Under the pieces are notes generated by a model, which did not search any database, was not told the DNA's origin, and worked only from the letters and a program-made list of their open reading frames with translations. Shown one piece after another: positions 37,246-47,260 of a DNA stretch of 64,000 nucleotides. A program made the position numbers and the translations under genes. The stretch is taken from the NCBI GenBank assembly GCA_045401115.1, contig CP174359.1, forward strand, positions 122,288 to 186,287. Reading direction: 5' to 3'. The stretch is from Candidatus Phycocordibacter aenigmaticus. Its GTDB lineage: Bacteria > Patescibacteriota > Minisyncoccia > Phycocordibacterales > Phycocordibacteraceae. Position 1 is the stretch's first letter; each line of letters begins with the position of its first letter.

Positions 37246-38907
37246 ATGCAAAATGGGTCAGACGAAGCTGAGGCACACCTTGAAGACCTCCGTGCTAAAG
37301 AGGAGGAAGAGTTAGCGCGTATACTCTCCCAAAAGTATGGCGTGGGGTATCAAGATCTCACTCGCATTTCAATAAACACTGAGGCACTGCGCCTGGTTCC
37401 AGAAAAAGAGGCACGAGAAGCTGAAGCGGCAGCATTTGATATTGTCGGTAAAAAAGTATCGCTTGCAGTACGCTCACCGCAAAACAATAAAGTTGCCGCT
37501 ATTGTCGCAGCACTCGAAAAAAATAACTACACCGTGGATTTATTCATGGTAAGCCAGGTATCACTAAAACGCGCGTGGGAGCGCTACAAAGATCTTTCGT
37601 TTGCTATCGAAACACGCGGTGGGGTTTTTGATATCTCATCAGCAGAACTCGATGAGACAATGAAATCATTCAAAACAAAAGATGATGTTGTCGCCGCCAT
37701 TGATGAGGTGCGCGGTATGAAAAAAGCGTATCGTGTGTCGCGCATCCTTGAGGTTGTGCTTGCCGGCGCGCTCTCTATTCATGCCTCAGACATTCATATT
37801 GAACCAGAAGATGAGCAAGTACGACTCCGTTACCGCCTCGACGGTGTGCTTAACAAAGTCACCGACTTTGACGCTGAAACGTATAAACTCCTCCTGTCAC
37901 GCATTAAGCTACTCAGTGGCCTCAAACTCAACATCCACGACGAAGCGCAGGACGGCCGTTTCTCTATCGAACTCCATAATACTGAAATTGAAATCAGGAC
38001 CAGTGTCATTCCTGGGGCATACGGTGAATCTATCGTATTGCGTGTACTCGACCCAGAAGCTATCGCTGTTCCTTTTGAAGAATTAGGTATGGAACCTGCA
38101 CTTCGTGACTTGGTTAAAGAAGAAATTCGCAAACCAAACGGTATGCTCCTCACCACTGGTCCTACCGGCTCAGGTAAAACAACCACACTCTATGCGTGTC
38201 TCAAAAGCATTCACACACCAAATATTAAAATAATCACCATTGAAGACCCTATTGAATACCACCTTAATGGTATCGTCCAAACGCAGGTAGATAAAAACTA
38301 TACTTTTATGGGTGGTCTACGTAGTGCACTGCGCCAAGACCCTGATGTCATTATGATTGGTGAAATCCGTGATGCAGATGTGGCACGCACTGCCATTGAT
38401 TCGGCACTCACCGGACATTTTGTGTTTTCAACCCTTCACACCAACAATGCCGCTGGTGCATTCCCCCGTCTTGCTGATTTTGACATTGACCTTAAAGTTG
38501 CCGGTTCAGCTATTTCCGTAGTACTCGCCCAACGTCTCGTGCGTGTGCTTTGTCCAGAATGTAAAAAAGAGGTCGCGCTCCCAAGTCCTCTAAAAGAAAA
38601 AGTAGACGCCGTGCTTGCGGGAATCACCGACAAGAGCATAATCCCAGAAAACACCGAGATGGTGTATGAGCCGGTTGGCTGTGAGAAGTGTAATAACACC
38701 GGATACAAAGGCCGTATTGGTATCTTTGAAGGTATTGTAGTTGATAAAGAAGTGGCTGACTTCGTTCGTGAAAATCCGTCCGAAGGCGATATTCAACACA
38801 TTCAAAATAAACGTAACCTCCTTACTATGCCTGAAGACGGTGTACTCAAGGTGTTGCGTGGCACTACCTCACTTGATGAACTGAGCCGCGTCGTTTCTAT
38901 CGGGTAA
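37246..38907 (+). CDS. pilB: Type IV pilus assembly ATPase PilB / GspE family
   Basis: LLTTGPTGSGKTTTLYA Walker A; IMIGEIRD; tetracysteine CPECKK...CEKC. Confidence 0.88.
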   Translation: MQNGSDEAEAHLEDLRAKEEEELARILSQKYGVGYQDLTRISINTEALRLVPEKEAREAEAAAFDIVGKKVSLAVRSPQNNKVAAIVAALEKNNYTVDLFMVSQVSLKRAWERYKDLSFAIETRGGVFDISSAELDETMKSFKTKDDVVAAIDEVRGMKKAYRVSRILEVVLAGALSIHASDIHIEPEDEQVRLRYRLDGVLNKVTDFDAETYKLLLSRIKLLSGLKLNIHDEAQDGRFSIELHNTEIEIRTSVIPGAYGESIVLRVLDPEAIAVPFEELGMEPALRDLVKEEIRKPNGMLLTTGPTGSGKTTTLYACLKSIHTPNIKIITIEDPIEYHLNGIVQTQVDKNYTFMGGLRSALRQDPDVIMIGEIRDADVARTAIDSALTGHFVFSTLHTNNAAGAFPRLADFDIDLKVAGSAISVVLAQRLVRVLCPECKKEVALPSPLKEKVDAVLAGITDKSIIPENTEMVYEPVGCEKCNNTGYKGRIGIFEGIVVDKEVADFVRENPSEGDIQHIQNKRNLLTMPEDGVLKVLRGTTSLDELSRVVSIG

Positions 38908-38944
38908 TAACAAAAAACACACTCAAAAAAGAGTGTGTTAGAAT

Positions 38945-39100
38945 AAAGAAAAGCCCAACCACTCTAAGCAACACGCTGCATGAGAAATGTGGAACACGGC
39001 TAAGGAGAGGACCAGCACGTTACCGTACAAAGCAGTAACACCAGTCCATCCTCGTCGTGAAGCCACCGAGTTGCTTAGAGGGGTTGAGCTTTTTTTGTAA
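38945..39100 (+). ncRNA. Candidate structured small RNA: long imperfect rod-like hairpin closed by a ~20-bp stem, ending in a U-run
   Basis: gcccaaccactctaagcaac (38955-38974) pairs with gttgcttagaggggttgagc (39071-39090), 18/20. Internal sub-helices ggacc.../...gtcc and gttac/gtaac; followed by tttttttg. Confidence 0.35.
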
Positions 39101-39354
39101 AAGAACGACGTTATATAACGTCGTGTGAAAACATTAACACGCATAAAGCATTATGTCAACCCCTTTTATGGGGTTTTTGTCGTATATCCCTTTTTGGATA
39201 TAATTTAGAAAAACCCATCCATTTTAGAAATTCTCTAAAACCCTTAAAATAAGCGGCTATTTTTCTACTTATCCACACATTTTTGCTTGACCATTGCAAT
39301 CACACCATGCTTCTGGTACGTTGAAAAGAGACTATTAGCCTAATTCTTAGATAT

Positions 39355-39903
39355 ATGGCATTTGAATCACTCCCCGATATCATTGACGCGTTCACTGAAT
39401 CCAACATTGTTGATGAAGTTAAAGGTGGAGGAGGTGCAGCAGAGGCACTTGTAGCCCCAGTAGACCGACTTGAACACCTTGCAGATCAAATTGAAGAACT
39501 AGCCTCTGTGGATACTGTACCTAATCGTGCAGAACTTCAAAACTATAGCGATGCGTATAATTACCACTATGCCCTAATGGATGAAACCGATGAAGCGCTA
39601 TATTTCTTAGACAGTCAAATTGGTAGTACAATTAGGCCACTTGTCGAAGGGGGGTACATAACTGAAAGTCAATTTCAAGATTTAGTTCATCGACTCAATG
39701 GTCCTTTTAGAGACGCAGCTGCAGAGATTGATAATTCGCTTGTTGTTTGGGATTCATACAACGCCGAATATACTACTAACCCTCAAACACCATATGAAGT
39801 GGCTCAAGAGCTATACCGGGTCCATCAAACAGCCCATCAACACCTGCACACCATTGCTAATGAATTGCGCGATATCCAAATAAGACAACGGCCAGGGTTT
39901 TAA
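39355..39903 (+). CDS. Hypothetical acidic protein
   Basis: 182-aa ORF; no motif recognised. Confidence 0.4.
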   Translation: MAFESLPDIIDAFTESNIVDEVKGGGGAAEALVAPVDRLEHLADQIEELASVDTVPNRAELQNYSDAYNYHYALMDETDEALYFLDSQIGSTIRPLVEGGYITESQFQDLVHRLNGPFRDAAAEIDNSLVVWDSYNAEYTTNPQTPYEVAQELYRVHQTAHQHLHTIANELRDIQIRQRPGF

Positions 39904-39905
39904 CA

Positions 39906-40697
39906 CTACTCCGCTCTAGTTCCACAAAAGGCATACTCACGTTCTGTTCCGGACACCCATTCAACGACCCTGCCATCAAATAAATTGTTTCTACCATCCG
40001 CCCCGAAACACGTCCCTCTCCGTACATTTCTAATAGTGTCTATAACAGAACCATCAGACTCTGATGTAATTCTACAGTCACGTTGCTGCCAGGTAAAATA
40101 TCGTTTCCCTGAGCTTCGGCATACCCTTCTTAACTCTTGTTTTTCGCGATCACTTATTTCAGTCATTTCAAGTATAGTACCTTCGAACTCATTAAATTCA
40201 CTGTCGCTATATAGAGAGCGTTCGTAAATATCTCCCTTACCTTCAACAAAATCGTGCAGACGGTCTGCGCGCGCCCTACGCTCCGCTTCGGTTTCCACCG
40301 CAGCATCTTCCTCGGCCTGACTTGATGCAAGAGATTGGAAATTAAGTGCAGATAGATTGAGTATCTGAGGGTTAATAGTATTAAGTATCAACCAACTTCC
40401 TCCAAGAAGAATGAGTCCAAGTACCGCATTCTGAATAGTAAGGCGTGCCTCTCCTTTTGCAGTCACCGCCTCAGTGGTCATGTATTGAAAACCGCCCATA
40501 ATCACCCGAAGCACTGCCAGCATAGCGGCAAAAGTGATGATGATATTAAAAACAGCGTTGACGTAGTCACTTAACGACCCTTCACCTCCTTCATACCCAA
40601 CTCCAGGGAGAGTAACAAGTGGCTCAAAATCGCCCGCAGCTGCAAAAAGAGCTGTGGGTATCAGTAAAAGTAAGGATGCAAGAGCGAAGGCGCGCAT
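39906..40697 (-). CDS. Secreted protein with a pilin-like (TrbC/VirB2-type) N-terminus: signal peptide plus two hydrophobic helices, and a Cys-containing C-terminal domain
   Basis: MRAFALASLLLLIPTALFAAAGDFEP... then NAVFNIIITFAAMLAVLRVIMGGF and AVLGLILLGGSWLILNTI. Confidence 0.4.
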   Translation of the reverse strand: MRAFALASLLLLIPTALFAAAGDFEPLVTLPGVGYEGGEGSLSDYVNAVFNIIITFAAMLAVLRVIMGGFQYMTTEAVTAKGEARLTIQNAVLGLILLGGSWLILNTINPQILNLSALNFQSLASSQAEEDAAVETEAERRARADRLHDFVEGKGDIYERSLYSDSEFNEFEGTILEMTEISDREKQELRRVCRSSGKRYFTWQQRDCRITSESDGSVIDTIRNVRRGTCFGADGRNNLFDGRVVEWVSGTEREYAFCGTRAE

Positions 40698-40808
40698 AAG
40701 GATATTGTAGCAGAAATAGGTCGTACCACAGGAACTATATAAACACGTTTAGCGTATCGCCTAAACAACCCTCATCTACTAAAAACAAGGCAATGCTACA
40801 CTAAGGGT

Positions 40809-41837
40809 ATGGAAGAAGAACGTGTCGAACCTGAAGGTGCTGCCACTGGTAATGTGGGTGCAAACCTTGACCAAACCCTCCGTCCTACACTGTGGAGTGA
40901 ATACGTAGGGCAAGAAAGCGTGAAAGAGAACCTTCGTGTACTTATCACTGCCGCCAAAGAACGCAATCATGCGCCAGAACACACCCTCCTCTACGGCCCT
41001 CCGGGCCTCGGTAAAACAACACTCGCACACCTTGTCGCGCGTGAACTTGAGGCACAAGTACGTGTTACTGCCGGACCGGTTATAGAAAAAGTTGGTGACC
41101 TTGCCGCGATACTCACTAACCTCGAAAACGGGGACATTCTTTTTATAGACGAAATTCATCGGCTTCATAAATCAGTTGAGGAAGTACTCTACCCGGCAAT
41201 GGAAAGCGGTAAACTTGATATTATCGTCGGGAAAGGGCCTTCGGCGCGCACTATTGAGCTGGCACTCCCCGCGTTCACGTTAATTGGTGCCACCACTCGT
41301 ATCGCGCTTATCTCTTCTCCCCTTCGTTCTCGCTTCTCAGGTGGTGTGTATCAACTTGAATTTTACTCAGACGACGAAATTTCCACCATACTTAAACGCT
41401 CAGCCGACATACTCGGTATAGAGATACTTCCTGAAGCAGTGGCAGAAATTGCACGGCGTGCACGACGCACCCCACGCACCGCAAACTACCTCCTTAAACG
41501 TTGCCGAGACGTTGCTCAATTAGAACGCTCAACACTCACTAAAGAAGTCGCAGAAAAAGCACTCAATATGATTGGTGTTGATGAAATCGGCCTTACCGCT
41601 TCAGACAGGAGAATCCTCTCAACACTTATAGAGAAATTTGGCGGAGGACCAATTGGACTTAAAACTCTTGCCGCAGCATCAATGGAAGAAGAAGAGACCA
41701 TCGAAGGAGTATACGAACCTTATCTCATGCAAGAAGGACTCCTTGAACGCACCCCACGCGGCCGGGTCGCTACTCCACAGGCATACACCCACCTTGGTAA
41801 GGTACATCCGCAAAAAAAGCAGGAAGAGCTCCTTTGA
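40809..41837 (+). CDS. ruvB: Holliday junction DNA helicase RuvB
   Basis: LLYGPPGLGKTTLAHLVARELE Walker A; DEIHRL. Confidence 0.93.
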   Translation: MEEERVEPEGAATGNVGANLDQTLRPTLWSEYVGQESVKENLRVLITAAKERNHAPEHTLLYGPPGLGKTTLAHLVARELEAQVRVTAGPVIEKVGDLAAILTNLENGDILFIDEIHRLHKSVEEVLYPAMESGKLDIIVGKGPSARTIELALPAFTLIGATTRIALISSPLRSRFSGGVYQLEFYSDDEISTILKRSADILGIEILPEAVAEIARRARRTPRTANYLLKRCRDVAQLERSTLTKEVAEKALNMIGVDEIGLTASDRRILSTLIEKFGGGPIGLKTLAAASMEEEETIEGVYEPYLMQEGLLERTPRGRVATPQAYTHLGKVHPQKKQEELL

Positions 41838-41841
41838 TCCT

Positions 41842-42327
41842 ATGCCTGAAATAGAGAAAAGTGTTATTGCTATCGACCCCGGGTATGACCGTGTTGGTAT
41901 TGCTATCTTTTCAAATACCAAAGAACTTCTCCACTCAGAATGCCTCATCCCTGAAACAAAAGTATTCACTGAGCGGCTTTTAGTTATAAAAGCCCATCTA
42001 CAAACCCTGATAGAAAAACACCGACCGTCAGCGTTAGCACTGGAAACACTCTTTTTCAGCAAGAACCAAAAAACCGCGCTTAAAGTTGCCGAAGCACGTG
42101 GGGTTATTACCATTGCTGCGGTCGAGCTCTCACTCCCCGTCTATGAATATTCGCCACAATCAGTTAAGATCGCGGTCACTGGTTCAGGTAACGCTGATAA
42201 AATTAGTGTCACTAAAATGGTTGAGCAATTAGTTCCGCTTTCCAAGAAGAAAAGAATTGATGATGAAATTGACGCTATAGCGCTCGGTATCGCTCACCAA
42301 GCCTCTATTCTGAGTCGTCAGTTTTAG
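41842..42327 (+). CDS. ruvC: Holliday junction resolvase RuvC
   Basis: MPEIEKSVIAIDPGYDRVGIAIF...ALETLFF...DEIDAIALGIAH. Confidence 0.85.
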   Translation: MPEIEKSVIAIDPGYDRVGIAIFSNTKELLHSECLIPETKVFTERLLVIKAHLQTLIEKHRPSALALETLFFSKNQKTALKVAEARGVITIAAVELSLPVYEYSPQSVKIAVTGSGNADKISVTKMVEQLVPLSKKKRIDDEIDAIALGIAHQASILSRQF

Positions 42328-42547
42328 GTCCAAGATCCTCCGGGATCTTATTTAGTGAGTATGCAGCTCGCCATGAAACATAGGCACCAGATGCTCCAAT
42401 AACGGTATTACTAATGGGGTCGGACGATAAATCAGTCCAATCCATGAACAGCATTAATGCAAGAGCCATTGCGGCCGAGCCACATACTAACTCAGTACTA
42501 TTATGTAATACTTTCCCTGTTACACGCAGACTCTCTCTCTTATTCAT
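42305..42547 (-). CDS. Hypothetical small protein
   Basis: 80-aa ORF. Confidence 0.3.
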   Translation of the reverse strand: MNKRESLRVTGKVLHNSTELVCGSAAMALALMLFMDWTDLSSDPISNTVIGASGAYVSWRAAYSLNKIPEDLGPKTDDSE

Positions 42548-42661
42548 ATACTTTATACAGTTTAGATATAATGTGTTGTAGTATAGAGTGTTGCACTGAA
42601 AAACAGCACGAAAATTGAAAAGAACAAAATACCTTTATTTTTCATACTGTTTTATAGCTCT

Positions 42662-42690
42662 ATTGACAAATATTTTGTCAATATATATTG
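42662..42690 (+). promoter_or_regulatory. Promoter-like TTGACA...tatata region containing the perfect 19-bp palindrome TTGACAAATATTTTGTCAA; candidate autoregulatory operator for the downstream HTH regulator
   Basis: tattgacaaatattttgtcaatatatattg immediately upstream of the ATG at 42699. Confidence 0.5.
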
Positions 42691-42698
42691 TACAAGTC

Positions 42699-43406
42699 AT
42701 GATTCTACTTGATGAACTGGACAACAAAATACTTTCTCTTATTAGTAAACAGGAGCTTCACCCGTCTGAAATGGCGCGTCAGCTTGGAATATTAAGAACT
42801 ACCGTTCAGTATCGTCTTAAGAAAATCGAAGAATTTGGACTTGCTCAAAAAAGAATATCGGGGAGAAAAACATTATGGTCAGTAGCAGTTCGCACAGAAC
42901 ATAACAAAAGTCATTTTAAAGTCTACAGAGGCGCCGACTTCGTTCAATCATATAAACAGCTCCTTTCTCTGCCGGCTCATGCAACAATTTTTGCAATACA
43001 AGGAAGCAAGGCGGCAAAGGGCGAACTCAATACACTTCCAGCTGAATTTATTAAAGAATCTCATAAAATTCTCAAAAGGAAAAAGATTATTTTAAAAGGC
43101 GTTACTAATGAAAAAACACTTCGCGTGTTCACCGGCACCAATAAATCGCTCATGCAATCGCATATTGGGAGGACGCTTGGTATTAAGCTTTTTCAAGACA
43201 ATCATTTTTTAGGAGCCGGCGAAATTCTCTCTACAAAGAAGCTACTACTCCTATCAAATCCAGTTGCTAAGCAGGCGATAGTTATTAAAGACAAAGGAAT
43301 TGCCGAAATTATACATGACACGTTGGATTTAATATTTGAAGTGCTTGATGGAAAAAATACTTTTGATCTCAATAGTTATTTACGTAATAAAATTACATCA
43401 AAATAA
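42699..43406 (+). CDS. Lrp/AsnC-type winged-helix HTH transcription regulator with a C-terminal domain of unknown function (low-GC)
   Basis: MILLDELDNKILSLISKQELHPSEMARQLGILRTTVQYRLKKIEEFGL. Confidence 0.55.
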   Translation: MILLDELDNKILSLISKQELHPSEMARQLGILRTTVQYRLKKIEEFGLAQKRISGRKTLWSVAVRTEHNKSHFKVYRGADFVQSYKQLLSLPAHATIFAIQGSKAAKGELNTLPAEFIKESHKILKRKKIILKGVTNEKTLRVFTGTNKSLMQSHIGRTLGIKLFQDNHFLGAGEILSTKKLLLLSNPVAKQAIVIKDKGIAEIIHDTLDLIFEVLDGKNTFDLNSYLRNKITSK

Positions 43407-43565
43407 GGAAAATATGTTATCCCCAGTACTGTCCACAAGCTAAAAATAGGGGGCTTGCCAAAATGGCAACTTTCTAATAAAAATAGAGCGTCTCGTACAC
43501 TCTCTTTTAGGAGAGTCACAAAGCTTAGATCTTTGGGAGACACACCTTAGTCATTAACAAATACA

Positions 43566-43760
43566 ATGCATATGCAAACATTAACTGACCTTGATCTTCT
43601 TCTTGAGCTCGACGAAGAGGAAATGGAAGATGAAGATGGGGATGAGGAACTAGATACTGACCTTGCTCCTGAAATGGACATGGATGAAGATGACGACACT
43701 GATGAAGACGGTGACGACTCAGACGATGAGGACGACACTGACAGCGACGACTGGAACTAG
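43566..43760 (+). CDS. Hyper-acidic 64-aa protein (D/E ~55%), followed by a strong terminator
   Basis: MHMQTLTDLDLLLELDEEEMEDEDGDEELDTDLAPEMDMDEDDDTDEDGDDSDDEDDTDSDDWN; terminator aaaaaacccgcgccaagcgcgggtttttta at 43780-43809. Confidence 0.45.
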   Translation: MHMQTLTDLDLLLELDEEEMEDEDGDEELDTDLAPEMDMDEDDDTDEDGDDSDDEDDTDSDDWN

Positions 43761-43807
43761 TCAGCTGTATCTCACTTAATAAAAAACCCGCGCCAAGCGC
43801 GGGTTTT

Positions 43808-45007
43808 TTATTTCCGTACTATTTTTACAAATACACGTTTACCGAGTCGCAGCACTGTACCATCAGCAACACTGTCAATATCCTCTTTAGTGAGCTTTTG
43901 TCCGCCATCTGCTACTTTAACTCCCCCACCTTCAAGAAGGCGACGGAATTCGCTTTTTGAGGCAACGACCCCACACTCACTCAAAGCGTCGGCAATAGCT
44001 GTGTCGTGCCCCACAACACATTCAGGAACATCTTGAGGTACCTCTTTTTGAGCAAATGTTTTTTCAAAATACTCTTTTGCTTCATCCGCTGCTCGCTGTG
44101 AGTGATACATTCGGACCACTTCATACGCCAACTCTTTTTTTGCGTCTCTCGGGTGACCGCCTATTAACTCAGAAACTCGAGAAAGTGGTACACGAGTGCA
44201 GTGTACAAAATATGATTCGATAAGTGTGTCGGGAATGGACATTATTTTTCCATACATATCATCAGCAACATCAGTGAGGTTGATAGTATTACCCCAACTA
44301 GAACTCATCTTTCTTCCGTCTGTACCTAAAATAAGTTCAGTGGTTAAAATGTGCTGCGGCTCTTGGCCATAACGAGACTGCAGCGTACGTCCCGCAAGAA
44401 GATTAAAACGTTGATCTGTGCCCCCAAGTTCAACATCAGCATTTACCGCAACCGAGTCATACCCCTGCATAAGGGGGTACATCACCTCACGCAATGACAC
44501 CCGCTTCCCTTCATCAAGTCGACGTTTAATATTATCGCGAGCAATAAAATCAGAAACTGAAAACTGATCGGCATGTTCTCCAATTTCCTGATAAGTGAGT
44601 TTGGAAAGCCACTCGGCATTACTTTTCCTTTCAACTAGGTTGAGGTTGAGAACCTTACCTGCTTGTTCAAAATACGTTTTTTTATTTTTCAAAATTGTCT
44701 CTCGGTCCAACATAGGACGCTCCGCACTCTTATCAGACGTATCGCCAATCACCGCAGTGAAATCACCGACAATCAAAACCACTTCGTGACCAAGCTCTTG
44801 AAAGTCACGAAGTTTCAGCAGTGTCACCGCGCGCCCAAGATGAATATGAGGGCTGGTAGGATCAATTCCAAGTTTTATACGAAGCCGCTTCCCACTCATA
44901 AGAAGTTCTTTAAAAGAATCTTCCCCAGGAATAAGTTCCGTAACACTCCGAGAAAGCAGCTCGTCTATCTTCTTTTCATCAGTAATCACTTTTCTGGCAC
45001 CAAACAT
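43808..45007 (-). CDS. tyrS: Tyrosyl-tRNA synthetase
   Basis: 399 aa; KMSSS variant of KMSKS; C-terminal S4-like domain. Confidence 0.88.
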   Translation of the reverse strand: MFGARKVITDEKKIDELLSRSVTELIPGEDSFKELLMSGKRLRIKLGIDPTSPHIHLGRAVTLLKLRDFQELGHEVVLIVGDFTAVIGDTSDKSAERPMLDRETILKNKKTYFEQAGKVLNLNLVERKSNAEWLSKLTYQEIGEHADQFSVSDFIARDNIKRRLDEGKRVSLREVMYPLMQGYDSVAVNADVELGGTDQRFNLLAGRTLQSRYGQEPQHILTTELILGTDGRKMSSSWGNTINLTDVADDMYGKIMSIPDTLIESYFVHCTRVPLSRVSELIGGHPRDAKKELAYEVVRMYHSQRAADEAKEYFEKTFAQKEVPQDVPECVVGHDTAIADALSECGVVASKSEFRRLLEGGGVKVADGGQKLTKEDIDSVADGTVLRLGKRVFVKIVRK

Positions 45008-45122
45008 ACCCTTTATGCTACCACGACACCTACCTCAATGGCGCGCACACACGACCATACAAGAAACCGTCCTATATAATAAATAAAGTAGCTTCGCAGA
45101 CGGTTTCTGGTACGATACACCT

Positions 45123-47255
45123 ATGTTTGGTAACGCACTTAAAACAGTATTTCTTATCGCCCTCTCGATTGGATTTTTTATCGGGGGTGCCCTTTTTGTA
45201 TGGGCGGCTAGTTTTAAAATCCCTGATATAGATTCTCTTAAAAACCGTAAGGTCTCACAGTCGGCAAAAATTTATGACCGATCTGGCGAAATCCTACTCT
45301 TTGACCTTCACGAAGACATTGACCGTACCGTAGTTCCTATCGATGATATCTCTCCGCATATCCGTAACGCAACAGTAGCTATTGAGGATTCAACATTTTA
45401 TGAACATATTGGAATCCGGCCCATAGCAACACTGCGCGCGGTATTTATTCAACCACTTCGTGGTCACCGCGTACAAGGTGGCTCAACCATTACCCAACAA
45501 GTGGTAAAAAACTCAGTACTCACTAGTGAACGACAGATATCACGAAAAATCATTGAGTGGGTGGTGGCGCTACGCCTTGAACGTGAAATAGGAAAAGAAG
45601 ATATTTTAGAAATTTACCTCAACGAGTCTCCATATGGCGGTACTATTTATGGCGTTGAAGAAGCATCCCAAGCTTTCTTTGGGAAACCGGCTGCTGAAGT
45701 CACTATTGCCGAAGCCGCATACCTCGCTGCTCTTCCTCAAGCACCTACATACTTCTCGCCATACGGTAATAACCGTGATGAACTTGAAACACGAAAAAAC
45801 GTTGTTCTCTCTCGTATGCGCGAGATTGATTTTATTACACAAGAACAGTACGACACTGCGCGAGCAGAAGAAGTTGAGTTTCAGTCACAAGCATTATCAG
45901 GGGTACGGGCACCACACTTCGTTTTCTATGTACGCGAACAACTCGAACAAGAATACGGGCGACGAACACTTGAAGAATCTGGTTGGCGTATCATCACCAC
46001 ACTCGATATGGAACTGCAAGAAGCTGGGCAGCGAATTGTAGAAAAATTTGCGAAAGAAAACACTGAAAAGTTTAATGCAGAGAACGGGGCGATTGTCGCT
46101 GTTGATCCTAAAAACGGCGATATTCTCACTATGGTTGGTTCTCGTGATTATTTTGATGAAGATATTGATGGAAACTTCAATATCGCCCTTGCAAAGCGCC
46201 AACCTGGTTCAGCGTTTAAACCATTTGTGTATGCGCAGGCGTTTCGTGAAGGGTACGCCCCAGAAACAGTCGTTTTTGACCTCAGAACTCAGTTCTCAAC
46301 GTCGTGTGAGCAGGATAATCATGAACTAAACGAAGGCGATTGTTACTCACCACGAAACTATGATAATGAATATCGTGGACCAATGTCGTTACGCGACGCA
46401 TTGGCGCAGTCAGTTAATGTTCCCGCAGTAAAAGCACTCTACCTTGTCGGTATTTCTGACGCACTTCAACTAGCTCGTGCTATGGGTATTAGCACTCTTA
46501 AAAATGCAGGGCAATATGGCCTCACTCTTGTGCTTGGCGGTGGTGAAGTAACACTACTTGATATCGTCTCCGCATATGGAGTATTTGCAAACGAGGGAGT
46601 AAAAAACGAACACCGAAGCATCCTACGTATCGAAGATACTAATAAAAACACAGTAAAAGATTACACAACAAACTCAGAACGTGTTCTCGAGAGTGCTGTT
46701 GCGCTTAATGTATCTGACGTGCTCTCTGACAATGAGGCACGTACCCCCGCTTTTGGGGCCAACTCACCACTCTACTTCCCCGGCTACCATGTAGCAGCAA
46801 AAACCGGTACCACTAATGACTCACGTGATGCGTGGATTGTAGGATACACTCCAAACATCGCGGTTGGCGCATGGGCAGGTAACAATGATAATAGTCCAAT
46901 GGTAAAAGAGGTTGCTGGTTTCATTGTGGCACCTATGTGGCGCGAGTTTATGAATATAGCACTCGAAAAAACAACTCAACCACCATTCCCAAGTGCACCA
47001 CAACTCGTTTCAGAAAACGACAAACCGATATTACAAGGAATTTGGGAAGGGGTGGATATTCAAGACGATCCATCGGGGAAACTCCGTATTACCGCCAACA
47101 TTCATTCTATTTTATATTGGGTAGATAAAGAAAACCCACAAGGACCACGACCAGAAAACCCACAAGAAGATTCACAGTTTTCTCGATGGGAATACAGCGT
47201 ACGTGCATGGGTGAACGAAAATAACCTTCACGACGGCACACTTCTTTTTCGATAA
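45123..47255 (+). CDS. Penicillin-binding protein 1A (bifunctional glycosyltransferase/transpeptidase)
   Basis: 710 aa; GT51 motifs AIEDSTFYEHIGI and GGSTITQQ; transpeptidase SAFKP (SxxK), SVN, KTGT. Confidence 0.9.
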   Translation: MFGNALKTVFLIALSIGFFIGGALFVWAASFKIPDIDSLKNRKVSQSAKIYDRSGEILLFDLHEDIDRTVVPIDDISPHIRNATVAIEDSTFYEHIGIRPIATLRAVFIQPLRGHRVQGGSTITQQVVKNSVLTSERQISRKIIEWVVALRLEREIGKEDILEIYLNESPYGGTIYGVEEASQAFFGKPAAEVTIAEAAYLAALPQAPTYFSPYGNNRDELETRKNVVLSRMREIDFITQEQYDTARAEEVEFQSQALSGVRAPHFVFYVREQLEQEYGRRTLEESGWRIITTLDMELQEAGQRIVEKFAKENTEKFNAENGAIVAVDPKNGDILTMVGSRDYFDEDIDGNFNIALAKRQPGSAFKPFVYAQAFREGYAPETVVFDLRTQFSTSCEQDNHELNEGDCYSPRNYDNEYRGPMSLRDALAQSVNVPAVKALYLVGISDALQLARAMGISTLKNAGQYGLTLVLGGGEVTLLDIVSAYGVFANEGVKNEHRSILRIEDTNKNTVKDYTTNSERVLESAVALNVSDVLSDNEARTPAFGANSPLYFPGYHVAAKTGTTNDSRDAWIVGYTPNIAVGAWAGNNDNSPMVKEVAGFIVAPMWREFMNIALEKTTQPPFPSAPQLVSENDKPILQGIWEGVDIQDDPSGKLRITANIHSILYWVDKENPQGPRPENPQEDSQFSRWEYSVRAWVNENNLHDGTLLFR

Positions 47256-47260
47256 ACACC

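Noticed and set aside
38945-39100. Considered calling this hairpin RNA the SRP (4.5S/ffs) RNA because it is rod-like and contains AGCA and ACCA internal-loop motifs.
   Set aside because: The motif order (AGCA 5', ACCA 3') is the reverse of domain IV in bacterial SRP RNA, and the apical loop is 11 nt rather than a GNRA tetraloop. Kept only as a generic candidate ncRNA.
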